From an uncultured Nitrincola sp. (lineage in GTDB: Bacteria; Pseudomonadota; Gammaproteobacteria; Pseudomonadales; Balneatricaceae), in NCBI GenBank assembly GCA_965243635.1, contig OZ251574.1:1032188-1096187 (forward strand): a DNA stretch of 64,000 nt. Direction: 5' to 3'. The position numbers and the translations under genes are program-made. The notes under the pieces were generated by a model. The model did no database searches and had not been told where the DNA came from. It saw nothing but the letters and a program-made list of their open reading frames with translations. Below are positions 29,762 through 40,782 of the stretch, one piece after another (within the stretch, counting starts at the first letter, position 1; every line of letters starts with the position of its first letter).

Positions 29762-30763
29762 TCACTTGACCATTGACTGATGATTTGCTTCGTTTAATTG
29801 GCCAGTGATCGCCATCGACATCACCGCCATACGCACTGCAATACCGTTAGTGACTTGCTGCAATATAGTGGATTGTGGCCCATCGGCCACCGCGGACTCA
29901 ATTTCTACCCCTCGATTAATCGGGCCCGGGTGCATAACAATTGCATCAGGTTTGGCCAGTTTCAGCTTTTCAGTACTTAAGCCGTAGAGTTTAAAAAATT
30001 CTGCCTCACTGGGGAGCAGCGCGCTGTTCATGCGCTCTTTTTGCAATCTCAACATTCCGACCACATCACAGTCTTTAATACCCTGCGAAAAATTGGTAAA
30101 CACTTTAACGCCCATCGCCTCAATGTTTTTTGGCAGCAGCGTTTTTGGCGCGATTACCCGAATTTCAGCAACGCCCAAGGTTTTTAAAGCATGAATTTGT
30201 GATCTGGCAACTCTGGAGTGCAAAATGTCACCGACAATAGCGACAACAAGGCCTTTAAATCCGCCCTTACAGCGCTGGATCGTCAGCATGTCTAGCATCG
30301 CTTGAGTTGGATGGGCGTGGCGACCATCGCCGGCGTTAATCACGGCGATTTTCGGCGTTACTTGATTGGCTATGAAGTGGGCGGCGCCGCTATCAAAATG
30401 TCGAACCACAAACATGTCAGCATGCATCGCTTCCAAGGTCATTAAAGTATCTTTTAAGGTCTCGCCTTTAGTGGTCGATGAACTGCTGATATTGAGGTTT
30501 AAGACATCGGCAGAGAGGCGTTTAGCGGCTAGTTCAAAGGTGCTGGAAGTGCGGGTGCTGGGCTCAAAAAACAAGTTAACCACGGTTTTTCCACGCAATA
30601 GTGGCACTTTTTTAACTTGCTGTGCGCTCATATCTAGAAAAGAGTTAGCGGTGTCTAATATTTCGTGCAATATTTCGACCGGCAAATCTTGGGTGGTTAA
30701 AAAGTGCTTTAACTGGCCCTGAGAATTAAGTTGTGAGCTGTTGTGGTCTATTGATTCAATCAT
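29762..30763 (-). CDS. pyrB: Aspartate carbamoyltransferase catalytic subunit
   Basis: [33 protein letters not shown]. Confidence 0.97.
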   Translation of the reverse strand: MIESIDHNSSQLNSQGQLKHFLTTQDLPVEILHEILDTANSFLDMSAQQVKKVPLLRGKTVVNLFFEPSTRTSSTFELAAKRLSADVLNLNISSSSTTKGETLKDTLMTLEAMHADMFVVRHFDSGAAHFIANQVTPKIAVINAGDGRHAHPTQAMLDMLTIQRCKGGFKGLVVAIVGDILHSRVARSQIHALKTLGVAEIRVIAPKTLLPKNIEAMGVKVFTNFSQGIKDCDVVGMLRLQKERMNSALLPSEAEFFKLYGLSTEKLKLAKPDAIVMHPGPINRGVEIESAVADGPQSTILQQVTNGIAVRMAVMSMAITGQLNEANHQSMVK

Positions 30764-30765
30764 CG

Positions 30766-31284
30766 TTACTCCGAGCCTTGTCGCTGGCTTATTTCCAGTG
30801 CCAGTGGCTCTGGGCCAATTAGTTTGATATGTTGCTCTGGGCTGAGGGAAAGGTTGCTGCCGATGATGTCAGCGCTAATCGGAAGTTCTCTACAGCCCAA
30901 GTCTATTAGAGCAACCAAGGTCACGGATGCGGGGCGGCCATAATCAAAGAGCTCATTCAAGGCCGCTCGAATAGTGCGTCCGGTTTTAATGACATCGTCG
31001 ATTAAAATAATATCTCGGTCTTGGGTAGAGCTGGGTAAATTTGATGGCTGCACCTTTGGGTCTAGGCCCACTCGGGTAAAATCGTCTCGATAAAATGAAA
31101 TATCTAAGGTGCCCATGGGCTCAGTGATCGCTAAGTTATGATGCAGCTGCTCGGCAATCCAAATGCCTCCAGAGCGGATGCCGATAAAAAGCGGCGCCTG
31201 GATATTGTTTGTGGCTATTAATTTACGCAGTGACTCGGTCATTTGCAGAAGTAGCAAATCGACGTTGTGATTAGTGGCTGACAT
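30766..31284 (-). CDS. pyrR: PyrR regulator / uracil phosphoribosyltransferase
   Basis: [32 protein letters not shown]. Confidence 0.93.
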   Translation of the reverse strand: MSATNHNVDLLLLQMTESLRKLIATNNIQAPLFIGIRSGGIWIAEQLHHNLAITEPMGTLDISFYRDDFTRVGLDPKVQPSNLPSSTQDRDIILIDDVIKTGRTIRAALNELFDYGRPASVTLVALIDLGCRELPISADIIGSNLSLSPEQHIKLIGPEPLALEISQRQGSE

Positions 31285-31741
31285 AATGGTCTTCCAAACG
31301 GCTGTGACTGGGAATTCTAATATCGCTGTTGAACCAGCTTTGTAGGATCAATTGGGCGGCAATACCGTCGACCGATTCTTTGCGAAAGTTATTGCCGCCT
31401 CCGCGAGAGTAGTGAATTTGCTTGGCGTCGCGAGTGGATAAACGCTCATCGATTAAGAAGCAAGTCAACTGATAGCGGTCTTGAATGCGATTGGCAAAAC
31501 GTCTCGCGCGGCGGGCCATTTCACTAATGCTGTCGTCCATGTTAATGGGGATGCCGACCACTAAAATAACCGGCTGCCACTCTTTAATTATCGCGTCTAA
31601 TTGCTGCCAATTTGGCAGGCCTTCTCTAGCATTCACCGGAGGCAATTCAGTGGTAGACATGGTCAAAGTTTGGCCGCTAGCTACGCCTATGCGAGTTGTG
31701 CCGAAATCAAATCCTAGCACTTGTTGTGATTGTTGTTGCAT
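31271..31741 (-). CDS. ruvX: Holliday junction resolvase-like RuvX/YqgF
   Basis: LGFDFGTTRIGVA, LVVGIP, DERLST, VDGIAA. Start is either 31759 or 31741. Confidence 0.92.
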   Translation of the reverse strand: MQQQSQQVLGFDFGTTRIGVASGQTLTMSTTELPPVNAREGLPNWQQLDAIIKEWQPVILVVGIPINMDDSISEMARRARRFANRIQDRYQLTCFLIDERLSTRDAKQIHYSRGGGNNFRKESVDGIAAQLILQSWFNSDIRIPSHSRLEDHYVSH

Positions 31742-31810
31742 GAAATAACTGTCTGTCAAATGAGAGTGTTTTTAAGTGGGGGCGACTAAATTAACAACAT
31801 TGTCAGAGGA

Positions 31811-32380
31811 TTATGCATTTCCGCTATGCGTTGTTAATGCGTTGAGCTCAACACCTATCAGGGAAGCTGCTGCTTGCATTTTGTCAGCTGCGGCTACGTT
31901 GAAGATTATATCTAAATTTACCGGGCAGTTTAACCAGAGATTGTCAATAATTTCAGTCTCTAGTTCAGCGGGCTTCCAGCCGATGTAGCCCAGTGCAATA
32001 TGTGCTGTTTTAGGACCGTCGCCGATCGCCATCGCCTCTAAAATATCAACCGAGGAGGTCAGGCTTAATGCCTCGCTCACTTGATAGCTAGATAACCAGT
32101 CATCGTCGGGGTTGTGTGGGTGCAGGATAAAACCTCGATCATTTTGCACGTCGCCACCGCGATACACTGCTTGATTGGGGATTTTGTGATTAGTTTTTAT
32201 CGCTAAATGTTGCAACATGGTTGCTAAATCCATGTCATATTCTTGGTTGAGGATAATCCCCATAGAGCCATATTCACCCTGATGGCAAATATAAATCAGT
32301 GTATTCTGATATTTGTGCTCGCCTAAGACCGGCATCGATATCAGAAAATTGTCTTTTAAATTGCTGTTAGGTTTATTCAT
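31811..32380 (-). CDS. algH: YqgE/AlgH family protein (UPF0301)
   Basis: FLISMP, GSMGIILN, GGDVQNDRGFILH, ALGYIGW, NLWL. Confidence 0.9.
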   Translation of the reverse strand: MNKPNSNLKDNFLISMPVLGEHKYQNTLIYICHQGEYGSMGIILNQEYDMDLATMLQHLAIKTNHKIPNQAVYRGGDVQNDRGFILHPHNPDDDWLSSYQVSEALSLTSSVDILEAMAIGDGPKTAHIALGYIGWKPAELETEIIDNLWLNCPVNLDIIFNVAAADKMQAAASLIGVELNALTTHSGNA

Positions 32381-32456
32381 TCTTTTCCATTAAAATGTAA
32401 CCATGAACTTAAAGGCCTTTGTATCCGAGTGAAAACGTTGCAAGCTTCTATTAGGT

Positions 32457-33347
32457 TTAGTATATGCGCGTAGTTTTCTCAAACTCAATCGTACGAATTA
32501 TTTCCAAAATATCGGTGTTTTCACGCATTTTTGCTGAAAAAGGCTGAAACGGCGCTGCCAGTCTAATTATTTTTATCGCCCCATGGTCTAGAATTTGTTT
32601 GCCGGATGACTCTAAAATTTCGATTGATTGGATGCTCCCGTCGGCACGCATCGCAATCAGTAACCTAACCCTACCATACATTTTCTGTTCATTTGCCGCC
32701 TTAGGGTAATGAATATTGCCGAGAGTTACAATACGTCTGCGCCAGTTTTCTAGGTAGGCGGCATCCTCATGGGACTTGGTTGACATAGTCGAGAGCACCC
32801 GTTTTTTGGGAGCATTGGCCATTTTTTGTTTACGCAGGTTAATTTGAGATTTTAGTGCGACAATTTGTGCGGATAAGCTATTTTTTTGTCGGTTATTGGT
32901 GACGCTAGTGGCGGTGTTTTTTGGCTGCTTTAATAATTGTGTTTGCTGGGAAACTTCACTTATGATGACCTCGAAAATTGATATATTATTATTTTTAGCT
33001 TCAGGTGTTTGATTTTTTACAGTATTTAATGGTGAATCGTTTTCTGCTTGGCTCGGATTTGCAATGTTTTGAGCGGGGGATAATCGCACTGCTGCCAATT
33101 GTCGATCGGATAAAAGTATTTTATGCTCAGCTTCGCCACTGCCTCGTTGGTCGATTTGTGCGAAAAAATCAGCCTCAGAGACTGTCTCCGTTGCTTTATA
33201 TTGGGCGAGCGTTACTTCAATACTAGAAGCTGTCGTTGAGTCAGTTGCCCAGCTAAAGCCAATACTTAGCAATATTAATGCATGCACTGCTAGCGCGATA
33301 AAAATGCTGTAGTTGAGACGGTTTTTAGAGTGGTAATTTAGCATCAT
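32457..33347 (-). CDS. tonB: TonB-family energy transducer
   Basis: Single TM segment (IFIALAVHALILLSIGF), TonB_C domain YLENWRRRI...HYP...SSG...LD. Start set at MMLNYH because the longer ORF runs into MITE A6. Confidence 0.85.
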   Translation of the reverse strand: MMLNYHSKNRLNYSIFIALAVHALILLSIGFSWATDSTTASSIEVTLAQYKATETVSEADFFAQIDQRGSGEAEHKILLSDRQLAAVRLSPAQNIANPSQAENDSPLNTVKNQTPEAKNNNISIFEVIISEVSQQTQLLKQPKNTATSVTNNRQKNSLSAQIVALKSQINLRKQKMANAPKKRVLSTMSTKSHEDAAYLENWRRRIVTLGNIHYPKAANEQKMYGRVRLLIAMRADGSIQSIEILESSGKQILDHGAIKIIRLAAPFQPFSAKMRENTDILEIIRTIEFEKTTRIY

Positions 33348-33451
33348 GCCTGTTTCATTTGATCGCCAGAATTTAACTGTCGTTAATCGTTGATTTAATA
33401 CCTGGTGTGCATCGATAGCGGTAACTGTGGCGAGCATTGGTCTCATTTTAT

Positions 33452-33611
33452 CCTGAATCCGTGACTTCAAAGTGAATACAGAGTGTAAGATATTGGTTTT
33501 ACGGTGGAATTGAAAAATCTTAGCTGCACCCGTAGGTTCAGCGGGCATTTTTCTAACCGCTGTAGAATCAAGAGCTTGCGCTATGTGGTGCAGTGAAGTC
33601 ACTGATTCAGG
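33452..33611 (+). mobile_element. MITE family A, copy A6 (160 bp)
   Basis: Terminal repeats match 17/18. TTTAT is duplicated at 33447-33451 and 33612-33616. Confidence 0.92.
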
Positions 33612-33755
33612 TTTATATCAACATCGTAAATGCTGTTGCTGGCAATAGTCAAGCGGCTATCGCCAGGGCTCTTTAATTTTCAGCAGTGTGCATGTAAAAT
33701 GCGATCCTGTTTTGGAGGCTCCGCTGTTTTAGCAAGCCCGCCAAAACAGGCTGAT

Positions 33756-34715
33756 TTACAGCGAGCGTGACAGCCAAGTTTTTTCAATTGCACTCATTAA
33801 ATCACCGGCTATATCTAAGCCAAATTGATCGTTCAGCTCGCGTATACAAGTGGGGCTAGTGACATTAATTTCAGTTAAATAATCGCCGATCACATCTAAG
33901 CCGACAAAAATTAAACCTAGCTCTCTTAACTTTGGGCCTATCTGCTGACAAATCCAGTGATCGCGCGGCGTCAGTTCGCGACCTTCAGCGCGGCCGCCGA
34001 CGGCTAAATTACCCCTAGTTTCACCGTTGGTCGGGATTCTTGCGAGAGCATATGCTACTGGTTCGCCGTCAATCATCAAAATCCGTTTGTCGCCGTTAGC
34101 AATTTCAGGGATGAACTTTTGAGCCATGATCATCTCCGTATTATATTTGGTGACGGTTTCTAAGATAACGCCTAAGTTTACGCCGTCCTCTTGCACTCTA
34201 AAAATAGAAGTGCCACCCATGCCGTCTAAAGGTTTAAAAATGACATCGCGGTGTTTGGCATGAAAAGCCTTAAGCTGTTGGCTATCTTTGCTGACTAATA
34301 CTTCAGGGCAGCACTGTGGAAACTGGGTGGCAAACAATTTTTCATTGCAATCGCGAAGTCTTTGCGGAGGGTTAACCACCAGAGTGCCGAGGCGTTCCGC
34401 CATTTGCAAAATATGCGTGCTGTACATAAATTCATTGTCAAAAGGGGGATCTTTGCGCATCAAAATGATGTTTAAACTGGCCAGTTCCAAGTTTTGGTAC
34501 GGTTGGCGTTGATACCAGTCTTGCGGGTCTCTAGCGACCGTTAAAGGTGCCATCTGCGCCATCGCCACCCCATTCTCGATATACAAATGTCGCTGCTCCA
34601 TATACCAAATTTCCCAACCTTTGTCTTGGGCCGCCCACAGCATCGCAAGGGAGCTATCTTTTGTGAAGCTAATGTCTTCAATTGGATCCATCACGATCCC
34701 AATTCTAATAGTCAT
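33756..34715 (-). CDS. gshB: Glutathione synthetase
   Basis: IVMDPI, KDSSLAML, MRKDPPFD, KPLDGMGG, RGNLAVGG, EINVTSPT. Confidence 0.97.
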   Translation of the reverse strand: MTIRIGIVMDPIEDISFTKDSSLAMLWAAQDKGWEIWYMEQRHLYIENGVAMAQMAPLTVARDPQDWYQRQPYQNLELASLNIILMRKDPPFDNEFMYSTHILQMAERLGTLVVNPPQRLRDCNEKLFATQFPQCCPEVLVSKDSQQLKAFHAKHRDVIFKPLDGMGGTSIFRVQEDGVNLGVILETVTKYNTEMIMAQKFIPEIANGDKRILMIDGEPVAYALARIPTNGETRGNLAVGGRAEGRELTPRDHWICQQIGPKLRELGLIFVGLDVIGDYLTEINVTSPTCIRELNDQFGLDIAGDLMSAIEKTWLSRSL

Positions 34716-34904
34716 GGTTGTGTCCTTAAGCTGATTATTTAGCAGGTTGTGAATTCAGTCGTCGCTGTGACTTGCTCGGAGGCTCCTTAACAAATATCTG
34801 TAATAACCCACTAGGGCTAATGATAGTGATTTTTGTTACCCGTAATTCTAGGGTAAGAGCTTTTATTATGGGGGGCTTATGCTGTGATGCAAGCGAGGAT
34901 GTGA

Positions 34905-35633
34905 TTAATTAAGATCTCCCCAAAGGTATTGTAGTATCGCCTGAGCTGCTATTGGCGCAGTTTCAGTGCGCATAACTCTAGGTCCAAGTGCCACAGGGTG
35001 AAAGCCATTGTCTATAGCAAGCTGTACTTCTGCTTCTGTCAGTCCGCCTTCAGGGCCAATCAGTAATGCTACTGTTGCCGGCTGGTCAAATTCTGCCAGG
35101 CGTCTATCGGTGTGGTGATGCAGTACTAGCTTTAAATCAGTGTCACAGTCTTTAATCCACTGTGAAATTGCAAGCGCTGAGTTGATTGTAGGTACATCGG
35201 TGCGCAGTGATTGCTCGCAAGCGCTAATTGCCAGTTGCTGCCACTGTTGCTGTTTTTTTGTCAGGCGATCTGCTTTTAACTTGACCTCTGTGCGCTCGCT
35301 GATTAGTGGGGTTAAGCTGCGCATGCCCAATTCAGTGGATTTTTGCACGGCAAAATCCATGCGATCGCCCCGGGAAATTGATTGACCAATATCTATTTTT
35401 AACCGGCTGCTGCGCGAGGGGGAAGTGCTGGCGGTGATCTCGGCGCTAACCGCGCGTTTTTCGACCTTGCTTAGCGTGGCTTGATACTCATTGCCGTCGC
35501 CATTAAACAACAAAATATTATCCCCAGGTTTCATTCTTAATACCCGGGCAATGTGTTGCACTGCATCACTGTCTAACGCAAGCTGTGTATCGATGCTAAT
35601 GGCAGTGTCTTGATAAAAACGCGGGATTCTCAT
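34905..35633 (-). CDS. rsmE: 16S rRNA m3U1498 methyltransferase
   Basis: HIARVLRM, KSTELG, ACEQS, LIGPEGG, LGPRVMRTETAP. Confidence 0.96.
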   Translation of the reverse strand: MRIPRFYQDTAISIDTQLALDSDAVQHIARVLRMKPGDNILLFNGDGNEYQATLSKVEKRAVSAEITASTSPSRSSRLKIDIGQSISRGDRMDFAVQKSTELGMRSLTPLISERTEVKLKADRLTKKQQQWQQLAISACEQSLRTDVPTINSALAISQWIKDCDTDLKLVLHHHTDRRLAEFDQPATVALLIGPEGGLTEAEVQLAIDNGFHPVALGPRVMRTETAPIAAQAILQYLWGDLN

Positions 35634-35764
35634 AGCTTAAATATATCCATCAATTAGTAGTCTGAATGCAACAGAGGTCTTTGATATTGCGAAACTGAGG
35701 TTTGTTATAAGCTGAAAGCTAATAAGCTACAGTTATTAAGTAAGCAGCTTAGTTCGAACTGCCG

Positions 35765-35800
35765 CTAATAAAAAAGAGCAGTGCTGCTCTTTTTTATTAG
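35765..35800. terminator. Intrinsic terminator after metK (symmetric)
   Basis: ctaataaaaaagagcag-tg-ctgctcttttttattag. Confidence 0.8.
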
Positions 35801-35844
35801 CTTGGGAGTTTTTCTGTGTCGCTAGGGAGGTTGTTAAGAGATCC

Positions 35845-37035
35845 TTAGAGGCCCGCGTCAGCTTTAAGGGCTGCGGCTTTGTCGGTGCGCTCCCAAGTGA
35901 AAGTAGTGAAAGTGTCGTCATCTACAGTGACTTCAACAGGGGTTCTGCCAAAGTGGCCGTAGGCGGCTGTCACTTTGTACATCGGGTGTAACAGATCTAG
36001 CATTCGGGTGATGGCATTGGGACGTAAATCAAAATGTTGGTTGACCAGCGCGATGATTTTGCTATCACTGATTTTTCCCGTACCAAAAGTATTGATTGCC
36101 ATAGAGGTGGGTTCAGCGACACCGATAGCGTATGAAATTTGTATTTCGCAGCGATCAGCCAAGCCTGCAGCAACGATGTTCTTGGCGACATAGCGACCAG
36201 CGTAAGCGGCTGAACGATCGACTTTTGAAGGGTCTTTACCAGAAAAAGCACCGCCGCCATGGCGTGCCATGCCGCCGTAGGTATCAACAATTATTTTACG
36301 ACCGGTAAGTCCGCAGTCACCCACTGGGCCGCCAATCACAAACTTGCCAGTAGGGTTGATGTGGAACTTTGTTTCAGCGGTTAACCACTGCTCAGGCAAG
36401 ACCTGTTTAATGATCAGTTCCATCACCGCTTCTTGTAAGTCACGGTGGGAGATGTCTGGATCGTGTTGCGTTGAAAGCACCACCGCGTCGATCGCGCAGG
36501 GCTTGCCGTTTTCATAGCGAAAGGTCACTTGCGACTTTGCATCGGGACGCAGCCAAGGTAATAGCCCAGATTTGCGCGCTTCAGCTTGGCGCTCCATTAA
36601 ACGGTGCGCATAAGTGATGGGGGCGGGCATTAGTACGTCGGTTTCGTTTGACGCATAGCCGAACATCAGGCCTTGATCGCCAGCGCCTTGCTCTTCAGAG
36701 CTGGCGCGGTCAACGCCCTGAGCGATTTCAACAGATTGTTTGCCAATGATATTGATAATGCCGCAAGTGTTACCATCGAAGCCGACATCTGAGGAGTTAT
36801 AGCCAATATCATTGATGACATTACGGGCTAAATCTTCTAAATCGACCCAGGCATTGGTGGTGATTTCGCCTGAAATAATGGCGACCCCAGTTTTAACCAT
36901 GGTTTCACAGGCCACCCGCGCGTATTTGTCTTTAGCTATAATGGCATCCAGTACCGCATCGGAAATTTGATCGGCTATTTTGTCAGGATGACCTTCAGAA
37001 ACGGATTCTGAGGTAAAAAGATTGTATTCGCTCAT
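35845..37035 (-). CDS. metK: S-adenosylmethionine synthetase
   Basis: [33 protein letters not shown]. Confidence 0.98.
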   Translation of the reverse strand: MSEYNLFTSESVSEGHPDKIADQISDAVLDAIIAKDKYARVACETMVKTGVAIISGEITTNAWVDLEDLARNVINDIGYNSSDVGFDGNTCGIINIIGKQSVEIAQGVDRASSEEQGAGDQGLMFGYASNETDVLMPAPITYAHRLMERQAEARKSGLLPWLRPDAKSQVTFRYENGKPCAIDAVVLSTQHDPDISHRDLQEAVMELIIKQVLPEQWLTAETKFHINPTGKFVIGGPVGDCGLTGRKIIVDTYGGMARHGGGAFSGKDPSKVDRSAAYAGRYVAKNIVAAGLADRCEIQISYAIGVAEPTSMAINTFGTGKISDSKIIALVNQHFDLRPNAITRMLDLLHPMYKVTAAYGHFGRTPVEVTVDDDTFTTFTWERTDKAAALKADAGL

Positions 37036-37122
37036 GCTAGTGACCTTAATAAGTAATGTTGTAGTAGTGAGCAGTCACGCTGCTGTTGATCACTACTTTT
37101 TTAAGAAGCTTGAAAGAGGCAC

Positions 37123-37151
37123 ATTTTATATCGTCGAGTAAAATTTTTCAG
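37123..37151 (-). promoter_or_regulatory. Putative sigma70 promoter of metK
   Basis: Minus strand reads CTGAAA-17-TAAAAT. Confidence 0.4.
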
Positions 37152-37231
37152 GATTAAAAGCTATATTTTCATGAAAATTTCCCCAATTAAAATGAATATT
37201 ACTCACTTTGCGTTTTATTTGCGTTTTGCGA

Positions 37232-37260
37232 TTGAAGCTGAGTCCATTCTGAGGGAAAAT
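37232..37260 (+). promoter_or_regulatory. Putative sigma70 promoter of tkt
   Basis: TTGAAG-17-GAAAAT. Confidence 0.4.
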
Positions 37261-37313
37261 TGCGCTCTAAAATTTTGACTAATTAAAATGGGGTATTCCC
37301 CAGGAGTTAATGA

Positions 37314-39308
37314 ATGTCTGCTCGTAGAGAACTGGCAAATGCAATTCGCGCATTGAGTATGGATGCAGTACAAAAAGCTAAATCTGGTCACCCGGGAGCA
37401 CCGATGGGTATGGCCGATATTGCTGAAGTGTTATGGAATGATTTTCTTAAACATAATCCTAGCAATCCCTCTTGGTATGATCGCGACCGTTTCGTGTTAT
37501 CCAATGGACATGGATCGATGCTGATCTACAGCTTGTTGCACTTGACTGGCTACGACGTTTCAATTGACGACATTAAAAGCTTCCGACAAATGCATGCCAA
37601 AACTGCGGGCCATCCTGAATACGGATATTGCCCCGGCGTAGAAACAACTACTGGACCTCTGGGCCAAGGACTGAGTAACGCAGTTGGTTTTGCCGTTGCA
37701 GAAAAAACCTTAGCGGCGCAATTCAACCGTCCGGGTCACGAAATTGTTAACCACCACACTTATACTTTTATGGGTGACGGCTGCTTAATGGAGGGCATCT
37801 CGCACGAAGTGTGTTCACTGGCCGGTACTTTAGGTTTAGGTAAGCTAATCGCATTTTGGGATGACAACGGCATCTCTATCGACGGTAAAGTGGAAGGTTG
37901 GTTTACCGATGATACCGTGCAGCGCTTTAAAGCTTATGGCTGGCAAGTGATTGCTGATGTCGATGGGCACAACCCCGATCAAATTCGAGCAGCTATTGAA
38001 GCTGCTAAAGCAAACACCACCCAACCCACGCTGATTTGCTGTAAAACAGTGATTGGCTTTGGCTCGCCAAATAAAGAAGGTACTGCCGGTTGTCACGGTG
38101 CGGCACTTGGTGATGAAGAGGTAGCCTTGACGCGCAAGCGCTTAGCTTGGAAGCACGCTCCTTTTGAAATACCTGAAGATATCTATGCAGATTGGAATGC
38201 CGCTGCGGCGGGTTCGGTTGCGGAAAATGACTGGAATCAACAGCTTACTGATTACAAAACCGCCTACCCTGAATTGGCCGCTGAGTTGCTGCGCCGTTTA
38301 GCCGGGGACCTGCCAGCTGATTTTTCTGCAACTGCAGATGCTTGGATTGCTGAACTAGCGGAGAAAGGCGAGAGCATTGCCTCGCGTAAAGCGTCACAAA
38401 ATGCGCTTAATCACTATGGGCCGATGCTACCTGAATTTTTAGGTGGATCTGCGGATCTAGCGGGCTCAAACTTGACTAAGTGGTCCGGTGCCAAGGTTAT
38501 AGATGGGCAAGATGCCAGTGGCAACTACATTAATTACGGGGTGCGTGAGTTCGGTATGTCGGCGATTATGAATGGCCTGGCACTACACGGTGGCTTCATT
38601 CCCTACGGTGCTACTTTCCTCGTCTTTATGGAATACGCTAGAAATGCACTGCGGATGGCGGCACTGATGAAGATTCAGGCCATCCACGTTTATACTCACG
38701 ACTCTATTGGTCTGGGTGAAGACGGGCCGACTCACCAGCCGATCGAGCAGGTAGCCAACTTGCGGCACACGCCGAATATGAGTACTTGGCGTCCATGTGA
38801 TGCGGTGGAGTCCGCTGTGGCGTGGAAGAAAGCGATCGAGCGCAAAGATGGGCCTACCGCGATGATTTTCTCTCGTCAAAGTTTAGCTCATCAAACTCGC
38901 ACACCTGCGCAAGTGCAAGATATTGCAAAGGGTGGATACGTATTATCGGATAGCGCTGCTCAGCCAGAGTTGATCTTTATCGCCACCGGATCTGAAGTGG
39001 AGCTAGTTGTGCAAGCTGCTGATCTATTACGTGCTAAAGGTAAAAACGTACGAGTGGTTTCTATGCCCTGTACTGATTTGTTTGATGCTCAAGATGCCGC
39101 GTATCGTGAAGCGGTGTTGCCGGCAGCGGTCAGCGCACGAGTCGCTGTTGAAGCATTGCAAGCGGACTACTGGTACAAGTATGTAGGCTTAAACGGCGCG
39201 ATAGTCGGCATGACCACCTTCGGTGAGTCGGCACCTGCCGATCAGCTGTTCGAGCACTTTGGCTTCACCGTGGCAAACATCGTCGCCAGTGCAGAAGCAC
39301 TGCTGTAA
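37314..39308 (+). CDS. tkt: Transketolase
   Basis: [40 protein letters not shown]. Confidence 0.98.
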   Translation: MSARRELANAIRALSMDAVQKAKSGHPGAPMGMADIAEVLWNDFLKHNPSNPSWYDRDRFVLSNGHGSMLIYSLLHLTGYDVSIDDIKSFRQMHAKTAGHPEYGYCPGVETTTGPLGQGLSNAVGFAVAEKTLAAQFNRPGHEIVNHHTYTFMGDGCLMEGISHEVCSLAGTLGLGKLIAFWDDNGISIDGKVEGWFTDDTVQRFKAYGWQVIADVDGHNPDQIRAAIEAAKANTTQPTLICCKTVIGFGSPNKEGTAGCHGAALGDEEVALTRKRLAWKHAPFEIPEDIYADWNAAAAGSVAENDWNQQLTDYKTAYPELAAELLRRLAGDLPADFSATADAWIAELAEKGESIASRKASQNALNHYGPMLPEFLGGSADLAGSNLTKWSGAKVIDGQDASGNYINYGVREFGMSAIMNGLALHGGFIPYGATFLVFMEYARNALRMAALMKIQAIHVYTHDSIGLGEDGPTHQPIEQVANLRHTPNMSTWRPCDAVESAVAWKKAIERKDGPTAMIFSRQSLAHQTRTPAQVQDIAKGGYVLSDSAAQPELIFIATGSEVELVVQAADLLRAKGKNVRVVSMPCTDLFDAQDAAYREAVLPAAVSARVAVEALQADYWYKYVGLNGAIVGMTTFGESAPADQLFEHFGFTVANIVASAEALL

Positions 39309-39316
39309 AGCGTATC

Positions 39317-39355
39317 GCAGCCAACTTTAAAGTGTCGAGCTTTAGAGTTGGCCGC
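39317..39355. other. Intercistronic hairpin between tkt and epd (no U-tail)
   Basis: gcagccaactttaaag...ctttagagttggccgc. Confidence 0.55.
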
Positions 39356-39495
39356 TATGAATCTTTGCAGTAATTAGCTTTGCTATCAGTTGAGCAATCC
39401 GCTGATAGCTATCTTTTCAAGCGTCGCTAAGGTTTGAAATGCTCTTAGAAACAATTTAATCAGATTTAAGTTCTGCCTATTTGAGAAAAATGCTC

Positions 39496-40512
39496 ATGAG
39501 TTATCGCGTTGCAATTAATGGTTATGGCCGAATTGGTCAATGTGTGCTGCGAGCTATCTATGAAAGATCTCTTCAATCCCAGCTAAAAATAGTGGCGATT
39601 AACGAATTATCTGATCTGGACACTGTTACTTACCTCACTCGCTACGATACTATCCACGGCCGATTTCCCTTTGATGTCGAACAAGATGATGGCTGTTTAA
39701 TAGTGAATGGCGATAGCATCCGACTAATTAATCAAGCGGATCCAACGCAGCTACCTTGGGCCGAGCTCGATGTTGATCTGGTGATTGAATGCAGCGGATC
39801 TTTTAATGAGCGGGCGATTGCCGAACAGCACTTGGCGGCCGGGGCAAAAAAATTATTATTCTCCCATCCGGCACTGGCTGATGTGGATGCGACTATTGTC
39901 TACGGCTATAATCAGCAGTGCCTCAATGCGCAATTACAAATAGTATCGGCAGCCTCATGTACCACCAATTGCATCATTCCTATTTTAGACCTGCTAGATA
40001 GTCAATTTGATATTCAAGCGGCAGTCACTACCACGATTCACTCCGCGATGAATGATCAGCCAATTATTGATAGCTACCATCAAAATGACTTGCGTTTAAC
40101 CCGTGGTGCCATGAGCTCCATAGTACCTGTTGATACCGGCTTGGCAAAAGGGATCGATAGAATCTTACCTAAATTGGCTGGTTTGTTTCAATGCCTGCAT
40201 ATTAGGGTGCCGACCATCAATGTTTCAATGATGGATATTAGTTTAACACTGACGGAAAAAGTAACCGTTGCGCAAGTTAATCAGCTGTTAGAAAATGCGG
40301 CTATAACCGAGTATTGTGGGGTGTTGGGCTTTACTAATGAGCCACATGCCTCGGTCGATTTTAATCACGATCGGCGCTCGGCAATTGTCGATGGCACGCA
40401 GACTAAAGTTAGTCGTGGCCATTTACTTAAACTGATTTGTTGGTTTGATAACGAGTGGGGCTTCGCCAATCGGATGGTTGATGTTGCCGAGCACTGGCTA
40501 GCGCAAAAATAA
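39496..40512 (+). CDS. epd: Erythrose-4-phosphate dehydrogenase
   Basis: INGYGRIG, ASCTTNC, IHSAMNDQ, WFDNEWGF. Located between tkt and pgk. Confidence 0.9.
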   Translation: MSYRVAINGYGRIGQCVLRAIYERSLQSQLKIVAINELSDLDTVTYLTRYDTIHGRFPFDVEQDDGCLIVNGDSIRLINQADPTQLPWAELDVDLVIECSGSFNERAIAEQHLAAGAKKLLFSHPALADVDATIVYGYNQQCLNAQLQIVSAASCTTNCIIPILDLLDSQFDIQAAVTTTIHSAMNDQPIIDSYHQNDLRLTRGAMSSIVPVDTGLAKGIDRILPKLAGLFQCLHIRVPTINVSMMDISLTLTEKVTVAQVNQLLENAAITEYCGVLGFTNEPHASVDFNHDRRSAIVDGTQTKVSRGHLLKLICWFDNEWGFANRMVDVAEHWLAQK

Positions 40513-40655
40513 TGGTTGAGAAGATGCTCGGTATAAGGATTGTTAAGTGTCAAATCAGGGGTGTGGACTCAGTGTAAATCGATCCTCATTATCTGTTGTT
40601 ATCACTAATTCTGCCGGCATGAATTACGAAAATTTTAAATACTGAGAGGTCGCTA

Positions 40656-40731
40656 GCTGAATTGCTGGCTTCAAAGTGAATACAGAGTTAAAAGTTTGCA
40701 CGATGTAGTACAGTGAATTCACTGATTCAAG
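40656..40731 (+). mobile_element. MITE family A, degenerate short copy A7 (76 bp)
   Basis: gctgaattgctggcttcaaagtgaatacagagt is joined to the right end ...cagtgaattcactgattcaag. Flanks CGCTA/TGCTA match at 4 of 5. Confidence 0.72.
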
Positions 40732-40782
40732 TGCTAGTAAGTGACAGAAATTTTATAAATTGACAAACTATTAGGGAATAAT

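Noticed and set aside
37036-37313. SAM riboswitch upstream of metK
   Set aside because: No SAM-I or SAM-II conserved elements were recognised. The region is AT-rich divergent promoter DNA.
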